DNA of 57,885 nucleotides from NCBI GenBank assembly GCA_021812145.1, contig JAKAOM010000004.1:1-57885 (forward strand). Direction: 5' to 3'. The translations under genes and the position numbers were made by a program. How positions within the stretch are numbered: position 1 is the first letter of the stretch; the number at the start of each line of letters is the position of its first letter. Below the pieces are notes generated by a model, which did no database searches, had not been told where the DNA came from, and worked only from the letters and a program-made list of their open reading frames with translations. The stretch comes from Candidatus Micrarchaeota archaeon (GTDB taxonomy: Archaea > Micrarchaeota > Micrarchaeia > Norongarragalinales > UBA8480). Positions 52,201 to 57,885 of the stretch are shown here, in pieces.

Positions 52201-52388
52201 AAGGCAGTTATGAATTCTTCCAACAATTAAGCATGTCACTTCCATCAAATGGAATTGTTGAGTTTAATCTCAAGTTAACTCCAAGTGGTTCGTCTCGTTA
52301 TTACTGTCATGCGTGGCCAGTAGTACTCGAAAATTGCGACGGAATTAGTAAGGATAGTTCTATACCGCAGCAATTGTCCGTTTCTTAA
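46272..52388 (+). CDS. giant N-terminally anchored surface protein 1 (2038 aa)
   Basis: A 30-aa charged N-terminus containing LEDKGVP is followed by one TM helix (aa 31-50) and then six ~85-aa repeats with the TDSNGNAVFNL / G-x-Y carboxypeptidase-regulatory-like signature. After these come Cys-containing modules. The protein is very rich in S/N/T/G/V/Q, almost devoid of K/R/E/D, and has many N-x-S/T sequons. Confidence 0.85.
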   Translation: MDLKSFTDSLKVKYEDFVSTLEDKGVPHARLVVPLVALLVVAGLVFVVLSSSSISSYGVKVIDLNTSAPIQGANVSVFSNGVLVASGLTDSNGNAVFNLTSGSYTISATSSNYLSSSSVKLVPGAVVQLQSSIPPSMNVVVSVLQNGQPQLGQFITLSFSDGTSVNGNTNINGNASIQVPESELSNGATVSVDGNSIPVSSSALSSGLVLVNLTSSSQPSAMLYVSVESPSGTPVGGAQVSVLSSSTQSVLANGFTDSTGSASFNISVGSSVYVTASASGYGSGSSNNFVFNSSQRVVVQLSTVSASSNLTLSVLDENSNLVSGATVTVFTMGNNQVFSQATQGAPLQIPLASGVYYANVQYSGYLPAIVENLRAGMVKSVSLTPLTTGNYANVSVLVLQDGSALPGASVSFYTSDGLFLFNGQSDGNGMVEAALPLTLNSQPYSFYVNGSYNSLLGESDVFQIGNDNVSLPLSAPPAQLKVSIVDFASKAAVTGFVNVVVGGNIINTCNGTSCVLNVPGGSAFNLNVQASGYLPFTSSVLTYASGSLNSLTVPLYPLGLVSGASASFVGLYDSNGNRVLQVVNGMTYDARFLVNMPESVQSAGFYVRVGEEGNSSTDPAFITGYTPASFIQTGSVYPQDCTSGDNPSSQAKWLLWSFPQGFTGSKEVDVRIQLSLNSSASTPIVLYYKAFGQLSNGLSVYSPVNTALTQGNFSLSAACNSTDFSQTLPFSSNPLTCSVINNHEFCYSMSFSSNGFSSLNFNPTLGQQFQVNLNVLSDVGINGLTLYAPNFKISQNSFSPASSSSSKFSENNFLSFQSSDLSSLTASSTDIGSLLQNSQSSTQSVGTLIPFAANANQLSTLSLSLTPITPTVYAPLSFNFQADDGSQLSFSQNLNIQGTGTLNVQVSPNSWTAPGNIKGKMTITDGFGNPVSDATVSLTECYGSPFNGNPPAVNSQGNGVYSFQGQLFGGGIVGVSVQDQGFKNYDSCSVPVQEQSFLSVNPSSLTFSGDSLNPISQQVTVSNLLNNPVKVSAIVNCYSGSNIFSAIPPYLTLPASGSNQIAVNVVQNSSGNAQCVLDVVGVDGNSRDSEQVQLSGSVSCPECVLNQQIAYELSNLPSMIALYPAGPQTVGQTVYGFNSIPVNFPTVPTCSLSLTQGGGAFPFSGSMYPGVAISPTGSQLVQYGCQTCSSNGDGSFNCNNCQSGYPSAFSCEICQPSENYLPSTYQNNLYNSNPGYLVLWPSASCSSCISGGTVGVVASGVASTNGLISLPVSQQQFFGNVFSGNNIGMSGMFGIGGMFGQQGQASCTANQIQVSAALNPYNSISGTLTLTFSNGMTAQIPVVGPAAGILGFSQIANATPQENCNFPNLFTVNLYSNLSEQNSTTANINNNCNIQDSNINNYYFQGNPLNGNFGCKFSESNNVLSVQNCDFSSSSDVASYYINKGNVDDLNASSTIGVAKQGQKKYNVSVKFTIGNLDYHLNVFNDSDALHKDYCGGVLDCPASDSNGKPFLNVSYGFPQVANSQQKFVTSTFNGQTSSYAVNDLQGYLSIPVTTPITQGSVYNLGLNVTQGSTSSRITTCAVTVNPCSSSPTPIPSQPSCTLSQTSIKSGSTENVNVNALVSLTTNPASVIINCGNQQSVTANCALTKNNNLYQGTCSGMCSYTLTSNSQTYSINSAPGGGATCAPLSINLNSNGLQPNPSTYTLAFYQQFDVGDFKNNLFSLLSTSQLTAGDNGRGYVLLTPSTKFVVYSTNPAINAIALVPASDSTIPSSDCSSNQYLNCWNKFNGGFIYIPAYNIFSGPVSSSYSILPSTYEYPSNQAFNILIKENSGYLYISSLGGNNGYTTSNSAPGNLNGVLVISPDYLGGTTGVINGNSKNYNIYSSCATPSANSIGNVWVFKTTADSSLNLQNYVPGSFDIISTNSGSLKTSQGQNVYLYGCLQSGQSGNAVAITSNIQNLFSVNPLITSNSLHKNSEGSYEFFQQLSMSLPSNGIVEFNLKLTPSGSSRYYCHAWPVVLENCDGISKDSSIPQQLSVS
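46440..47948 (+). repeat. array of six carboxypeptidase-regulatory-like (beta-sandwich) domain repeats in giant protein 1
   Basis: Units begin at YGVKVIDL, MNVVVSVL, MLYVSVES, LTLSVLDE, VSVLVLQD and LKVSIVDF. Each has a central [TS]D-x-x-G-x-[AV]-x-F/[IL] turn and a distal G-Y motif. Confidence 0.65.
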
Positions 52389-52509
52389 TTTAAGCTTTGT
52401 TATATTCTGAATCATTATTTTTTATGCTTTGTTTATTTGTACTTGCTTTTTTGCTTTCAAATGGTTTAAAGAGTAGGTTTTTTAAGTTTGCTTATTTAAA
52501 AATTAAGTG

Positions 52510-55500
52510 ATGGCTTCTTTAAAGGATTGGTATTACGCGGTCGAGGACAAATACTATGATTTGATGGACTCGGTTGAAGAGAAAACCCATGTTTACGAAT
52601 GGTTTGTCAATCCGTTGGAGGATAAGGGTGTTCCGAGTTTTCCTGTTTTCGTTTTAGTTATTTTGGCGTTGATTGCAGTAATTGCCTTTCTTGTTTCAAG
52701 CTTTTTGGTTCCTTCTCAGACTTCAATGCAGTTGAGCGTGCTGTCCAGCGTTGGACCTACTCCTATTCCAAACGCTACTGTTTCTGTTGCTTTCGGAAGC
52801 CAGGTTTTGAGCAATCAGACTGACGCTAACGGAAACGTGAGTTTTCAGGTTCCCGCCAACACACAAGTTAGAGTTTCTGTAAGCGCTAATGGCTTTAATC
52901 CTTTCAGCGAGGAAGTATCCACCTCCTCTCAGTCCATAACCCTTCCCTCAGCTATAACCCTAAGCTTTGCTTCCTTGTCTACTCAGGAGTTTTTGTTTAA
53001 CGTGGTTGATCAGAATGGCAATCCTTTGAGCGGGGCGAGCGTGGTTGTTAATATTTTGAGTGGGGGAAGTGCTTTGACAGGGTTGACTGATTCTAGCGGG
53101 CACGTTGTTTTCAACGTCACTGAGAACAGCATTTTGACTTATACTGTTTCACTTGCGGGTTATGTTCAGGCTTCTGGCAGCGTAGCCAGCAGTTCTTTTA
53201 ATCAGACTGTTTCTTTGGCAGCTTCAAGTACTGTTTCTGTCACTCAGGGTGGGTCGCAACTGTCTGACGGAGAGGTTTTTGTAAACGTTAACGATTCTAA
53301 TGGGAATCAGGCATTTGGAACGGTTGATGTTTACGACGCTGTCAGCAACAAGCTTTTGCAGTCCGACACTGAGAATGGTAGTTTTTCTTTCAACGTTACT
53401 TTAGGGGAGAGTGTTTACGTTACTTTCAGCGGCAATGGCTTTGTTCCTCAGACGAGCAGCCCTCAGACTGTTTCCAGCGAGAATTTTTTCACTTTAACCG
53501 CGATTCAGGCTACTCCTTCCACTTCTGAAAACATTACTGCGAGCGTGGTTGATCAGAATGGCAATCCTTTGAGCGGGGTTGAAGTTCAGCTTTTTCAAGG
53601 CGGTTCCGTTCTTGAGAGCGATTCGACTGATTCATCGGGAAGCGTTGTTTTCACTGTTTCCAAAAGCGTTGGGTTGAATTCTCTTTACTTGACAGGCTAT
53701 CTTCCAGGTTATCTTCCTGCTCAGATTACTAGCGTTTCTTTGAGCAATAATCTTGTTTTGAACCAGCTCTTGGTCGGCGGTTACGGAAGCGTTAACGTTA
53801 ACGTGGTTGACGCTGGAGGCAACCCGGTGGTTAACGGCAATGTTAATTTTTACACTGCTTCAGGATTGAATTTAGGGGTTTACCCTGTGCTTCAAACCGA
53901 CACTAATGGGAATGTTAATTTTCAGGGTTTGCCTGTCAACGTTTCTCTGATTGTTAAAGCTTCTTATAACGGAGCTTTCGGTTCAAGCGATGCGTTTACT
54001 CTGAACGGTGGTGAAAATACAAGCGTAAACATTCAGCTTTCAAGGCCTTTGGCTGAAGTCACTGTCAACGCTGTTGATTTGGTTTCTAAAAAGCCTTTGG
54101 CCGGAGCTAGCGTGCTTGTTTCAACTCTCCAGCAAAACCTGCCTGTGGAAAACTGCACCACCAACAGTCAAGGAGTTTGCGTTTTGAACAGCGTTTGGGC
54201 TGACGGCACTCAGCTTGTTTTCACTTCTTCCTTAAACGGTTACGCTCCCTACACTTCCGCTCCAATAGCGTTCAATCCTTTGAGCAGCAATGTAGAGAAT
54301 ATCAACATGGTTTCTAACGCTTTCAACAATCAAACACTAGTCGTTTTTAACGGTGTTACTGATTTGAACGGGAATACGGTAACCAGCTTAACTCAGGGTG
54401 GTTTCTATATTTTTCACTTCACAGCTTCTTTCGTTAATTCAAGCCAGCAGGAGAGTCTGATGTTCAGGGTAGGGGATCAAAGCACTGTAAGCAATGAAAG
54501 CGCTTACCTTTCAAGCTTTTCATATTCTCCTTCAATCGTCCAGCCGCAAGTGGTTGAAAGTTCAAGCTACAATCCTTCTGGCGATTGCAGCCAGGATGTT
54601 CTTAGCACTCCTACCAATGGAGAGGGGAAGTGGGTTAAAATAACCTATTCTGGTTTGAGCGGTACAGCCGAGCTGAACCCGATTGTTTTTGTAAACCCAA
54701 ACACTGCTGGTCAGACTGTTAATTTCTATTATCGCGCTTCAAGCGTTGTAAACGGGATTTATTCAAGAGACCCCTTCGATACAACCTTAAACTATTCTCA
54801 GAAAACCCAGAGCCTGGATTCTTGCTACGCTAATTCCCATAAATTGTCTTTCAATGTTATTCAGGGATCTAACTACTGCAATGCTCAGGGCACTGCGTGC
54901 GTTCAGCTTTTGTTCAATGGAAATCCAAGTCCTTTCACTGGCTTGCTTAACCAGCCTTTCAATGTTAGCTACAAGCTTTCGAATTTCGGGCCTGTTGACG
55001 CTCAAAGCGCTTATGTTTTAGTTAAAAGCTTGGGAAATAATATTCTGTTTAACAGTTACTCCGGCGATGGTAGCGCTTCCATTCCTCAAAGCGGGGCTTT
55101 TTCAGCAAAGGTTTTGCTTGGAAGCTCTTCTGAAAACTATTCCGGCAGTTTCGCTTCAGTGGGAGTGCTTCCTGTTTCAGGCAGTCAGGTTTACTTTGAG
55201 TTCGGTGATACCAGAGGAGCTATTTTATCTTCCAAAGGCTTTGTTTCTACCACTGGAAATGACGGTTTGAATGTTCAGGTCTCTTCAGGCAACTTCACTG
55301 TTGGAACTAAGCAGACTTTAACCGTTCTTGTAACCAGTGTTTCTAATAATCAGCCTATAACTGACGCTACCGTGTCATTGAACGAGCTGCAGGGCACTGT
55401 CTTTAATGGAAACCCTACCTCTCCTGTTGTTGGTGACGGGGGGCCTGGAAGCGGAGAGAATGGAAAGTATGTTTTTAACAATTTGATAACCCTGGGGCCT

Positions 55501-57885
55501 GGTGTTTTTCAGGTTCAGGCTTCCGAGCCTAACTTTCAGCCAGGGTCTGCGAATTTGAACAGCATTCAAACAAGCTTTTTCACTATCTCTCCAAGCGATT
55601 ATCTTCCCTTGACTTGCAATACAACGAACATGCAGGTTACCAACAATCTTGACATTCCTGTTTCTTTAACAATAAGCTCTTCTTGCGCTAACGTGAGTGG
55701 TTTCAACGTTCCTCAGGAGCCGAACGGCAATTATTTCATTTCCGCAGTCCAGCCTGGCAAGACTGTTTTTCTAGGGGTTCAACCTACCAGCGCAAGCAGC
55801 TGCATAATGACCTTCACCTCTTCTGACCCTAGAAGCGGGTATAATTATTTTAATCAACTGCAAGTTCAGAACAACTGCAACACTTTCGGCCAGGTCAACT
55901 ACAGCGGAGCTGCCGGGGTTATCCAAATAACAAACGGAGCTTTCAATCCTAACTATGATGAGATTTACGCCACATTAGGCCAGCAGTATGCCGCTCAGCA
56001 AATGAATAACTATTTCACCACTGGAAGCTTGTATGGAATTTCAGGCTATGGAACCAGCCCTGTCTACGGGGCGCAGTATGGAAACATGTATGGAGTTAGC
56101 GGGTTAGGTTACACTAATAATCAGAACCTTTTAGTTCCTAATTCACCTTATAACTTTCAATATTACCAGCAGACTGGCATTAACCCTACTTCTAACCCTA
56201 TGCTTTCTCTTTCCTTTAACGCTAACAGCCAAATGGCTCAGCTTCCCAAGGCTATTGCCTGGATTAACAACGATCCGGTGGCCTATAACTTGAGTTGTTC
56301 TGAGTATAACAGCGGAGTTACTGCGTTCACCAATCAGCTTGTCCAGCCTGGAGGAACTTTTGTCTACAACTTTTCCTCCTATGGCTTGTATTCCTGTAGT
56401 TTAAGCAACGGAGCGGTTGGCCAGGTTCAAATAGACAGTGTTTGTCAGGGCATGAGCGCGCAGTGGATTACCGGCTTGTGGGAGAACTGCATGGCTAGAA
56501 GCTTCATTAACAACGCAGGCTGGTTTGGAAGCGTTACAGGCGAGGATCCTACTACAAAGAAGATAAGCGCCAGCATTGACAACCAATTCACTTTGACTTT
56601 AGGTGGTTTGGTGTTGACAAAGCATTCAGATAAACAGTCAACCTGCACTCAAACTCCTAATGGAAATATTGCTTGCATTGTCATGGTTTCTCCAGTAGTT
56701 CCTGAGAATGGGCTTGCTTTCGTTATGAACGCCGACCCTAAGACAGGAGTTTCAAAATTCGTTTATAACCAGAATAATCCGAGTACTATCACCGTAGGGA
56801 TAGGGCCTGACTTTTCACATGTGAGCACTCCTATTAAAGATACAACCGCCGCATCTTCTATTGCAAGCAATTGTTTTCAGCCTTGCTCTTTGACCGAGTC
56901 AACTGACCAGTGTGGATTTGCCAACACTATAACAAGCACGCTTAAAAACGCTCCTCAAGAAGTTTTTCAGGGTTTGGGCTTGGAGTCGCAGCCTAACCAG
57001 TTTCCTTACATTGTACGGTTCAACCCAAGCGGGGATTGCCTTCAGACAAGAATCGTCTTAAACAAAACAGGACAGCCTTACGCTGAAACAATGTTCGTGG
57101 ACCCGATCAGCAAAAAGGTTTTATGCGCAGATGGAACTTCGTCTTCAGATCCTACCGGCTGTGGTTATAACTCCAATGGTCTTTTAAATGTCGCCCAATT
57201 CCTTTCTTTTAATCTTAATCTGGTTGGTGCTGAAAGCAACGGTAATCTGCAGGGCACTGTTTCTTTCATCGCGAAAATTGATCCTATGTACGACTTTCCT
57301 TTTCTTTTCTACACTGTTCCTCAAGTTGGCAGCACTATAACATTCAGAAGTGTTAACGCTACAGAACCTGTTTTCATAATAAATAACCTGCCCTCTCTTT
57401 TGTCTATTGATAATAAAAACAATAAAAACGCCAACATTTCATTTTGCTCGGGATACGCTGACACAAGTGGGACTTATAACTTAGGTGGATCTTCACCTAC
57501 GCCTGGCTGCTCAAGCGGAAATAGCCAGGAGACTGTAAATGAAAGTCTGCCCGATAGTATACTCTACACTACGCCCGGAGTCATAAATACAAAAACCAAG
57601 GAGGGTAAAACGCAGTATCAGTTGAATTTGGTTTTCGGAACTGGTGTTAGCGCTCCAAATAACGGTATTAACGTGCAATTGCCTTCCTCATCTTCATCTT
57701 CCCCTCAGGCTAACTCTTTTGACACCTTGGGAAATGTTGCCGGCGCTAGCAATAATAACCTTTATGCTCAGGCGCCTAGCGGGGTTAGCCAAACCGATTT
57801 TAACAATATCGCAAAGTGCAGTGGAGATAATTGGTGCGATCAAAAAGACCTTCAGGCTGCTGAAACTTCAATAAAGAATATAGTT
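52510..57885 (+). CDS. giant N-terminally anchored surface protein 2 (partial, at least 1792 aa, continues past window end)
   Basis: Absent from the ORF track because there is no stop in the window. I translated the frame from the ATG at 52510 by hand and found it open for 1792 codons to the last base. It starts MASLKDWYYAVEDKYYDLMDSVEEKTHVYEWFVNPLEDKGVPSFPVFVLVILALIAVIAFLV. Architecture and composition match giant protein 1. Confidence 0.85.
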   Translation, partial: MASLKDWYYAVEDKYYDLMDSVEEKTHVYEWFVNPLEDKGVPSFPVFVLVILALIAVIAFLVSSFLVPSQTSMQLSVLSSVGPTPIPNATVSVAFGSQVLSNQTDANGNVSFQVPANTQVRVSVSANGFNPFSEEVSTSSQSITLPSAITLSFASLSTQEFLFNVVDQNGNPLSGASVVVNILSGGSALTGLTDSSGHVVFNVTENSILTYTVSLAGYVQASGSVASSSFNQTVSLAASSTVSVTQGGSQLSDGEVFVNVNDSNGNQAFGTVDVYDAVSNKLLQSDTENGSFSFNVTLGESVYVTFSGNGFVPQTSSPQTVSSENFFTLTAIQATPSTSENITASVVDQNGNPLSGVEVQLFQGGSVLESDSTDSSGSVVFTVSKSVGLNSLYLTGYLPGYLPAQITSVSLSNNLVLNQLLVGGYGSVNVNVVDAGGNPVVNGNVNFYTASGLNLGVYPVLQTDTNGNVNFQGLPVNVSLIVKASYNGAFGSSDAFTLNGGENTSVNIQLSRPLAEVTVNAVDLVSKKPLAGASVLVSTLQQNLPVENCTTNSQGVCVLNSVWADGTQLVFTSSLNGYAPYTSAPIAFNPLSSNVENINMVSNAFNNQTLVVFNGVTDLNGNTVTSLTQGGFYIFHFTASFVNSSQQESLMFRVGDQSTVSNESAYLSSFSYSPSIVQPQVVESSSYNPSGDCSQDVLSTPTNGEGKWVKITYSGLSGTAELNPIVFVNPNTAGQTVNFYYRASSVVNGIYSRDPFDTTLNYSQKTQSLDSCYANSHKLSFNVIQGSNYCNAQGTACVQLLFNGNPSPFTGLLNQPFNVSYKLSNFGPVDAQSAYVLVKSLGNNILFNSYSGDGSASIPQSGAFSAKVLLGSSSENYSGSFASVGVLPVSGSQVYFEFGDTRGAILSSKGFVSTTGNDGLNVQVSSGNFTVGTKQTLTVLVTSVSNNQPITDATVSLNELQGTVFNGNPTSPVVGDGGPGSGENGKYVFNNLITLGPGVFQVQASEPNFQPGSANLNSIQTSFFTISPSDYLPLTCNTTNMQVTNNLDIPVSLTISSSCANVSGFNVPQEPNGNYFISAVQPGKTVFLGVQPTSASSCIMTFTSSDPRSGYNYFNQLQVQNNCNTFGQVNYSGAAGVIQITNGAFNPNYDEIYATLGQQYAAQQMNNYFTTGSLYGISGYGTSPVYGAQYGNMYGVSGLGYTNNQNLLVPNSPYNFQYYQQTGINPTSNPMLSLSFNANSQMAQLPKAIAWINNDPVAYNLSCSEYNSGVTAFTNQLVQPGGTFVYNFSSYGLYSCSLSNGAVGQVQIDSVCQGMSAQWITGLWENCMARSFINNAGWFGSVTGEDPTTKKISASIDNQFTLTLGGLVLTKHSDKQSTCTQTPNGNIACIVMVSPVVPENGLAFVMNADPKTGVSKFVYNQNNPSTITVGIGPDFSHVSTPIKDTTAASSIASNCFQPCSLTESTDQCGFANTITSTLKNAPQEVFQGLGLESQPNQFPYIVRFNPSGDCLQTRIVLNKTGQPYAETMFVDPISKKVLCADGTSSSDPTGCGYNSNGLLNVAQFLSFNLNLVGAESNGNLQGTVSFIAKIDPMYDFPFLFYTVPQVGSTITFRSVNATEPVFIINNLPSLLSIDNKNNKNANISFCSGYADTSGTYNLGGSSPTPGCSSGNSQETVNESLPDSILYTTPGVINTKTKEGKTQYQLNLVFGTGVSAPNNGINVQLPSSSSSSPQANSFDTLGNVAGASNNNLYAQAPSGVSQTDFNNIAKCSGDNWCDQKDLQAAETSIKNIV
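52726..54336 (+). repeat. array of six carboxypeptidase-regulatory-like domain repeats in giant protein 2
   Basis: Units begin at MQLSVLSS, FLFNVVDQNGNPLSG, VFVNVNDSNGN, ITASVVDQNGNPLSG, VNVNVVDAGGNPV and VTVNAVDLVSKKPLAG. Each has a TD-x-x-G-x-V-x-F turn and a G-[YF] motif. Confidence 0.65.

Noticed and set aside
52300-52388. C-terminal archaeosortase sorting signal (motif + TM + basic tail) on giant protein 1 or the 428-aa protein
   Set aside because: Both C-termini (...ENCDGISKDSSIPQQLSVS and ...KWDNAFSYVTG) are hydrophilic with no terminal TM helix. Neither can be proposed as a classical archaeosortase substrate from this sequence.
1-57885. CRISPR arrays, IS elements, transposases, integrases, rRNA genes
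   Set aside because: I looked for regularly spaced direct repeats, terminal inverted repeats and the relevant protein signatures. None was found. The only notable DNA repeats are intragenic, in giant gene 2.

Overview
This is an AT-rich, very gene-dense archaeal chromosome segment. Archaeal identity rests on an spc-type ribosomal protein cluster (SUI1, Rpp29, S4e, L32e, L19e, SecY, L34e, Cmk, L14e, Cbf5) plus fibrillarin/Nop5, aCPSF1, proteasome beta, prefoldin beta, Pcc1 and an intron-containing tRNA. Short or truncated housekeeping proteins and missing cluster members suggest a reduced, DPANN-like genome; that is inference only. Metabolic genes are a split transketolase with Rpe, type 2 IDI with geranylgeranyl reductase, ADP-forming acetyl-CoA synthetase (alpha and beta), a two-subunit 2-oxoacid:ferredoxin oxidoreductase, and class I GAPDH with PGK. 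I saw no rRNA, CRISPR array, transposase or integrase. The accessory part is the last ~15 kb (42.9 kb to the window end). It encodes a small archaeosortase/exosortase-like membrane protein, a 485-aa cytoplasmic protein built from a repeated short motif, and a 428-aa Cys-rich protein with a type IV pilin-like (class III) signal. These are followed by two collinear paralogous giant Ser/Asn/Thr/Gly-rich surface proteins. One is 2038 aa; the other is at least 1792 aa, runs off the window and is invisible in the ORF track. Both share an N-terminal LEDKGVP-plus-TM anchor and six carboxypeptidase-regulatory-like repeats. Other notable items are a tRNA-Ser(UGA) that needs two introns removed (one in the T-loop with a textbook BHB motif), a PIN toxin gene interrupted by an in-frame TGA, a minimal Nop5 unlinked from fibrillarin, and two small r-protein genes (S14, L14e) missing from the ORF track.
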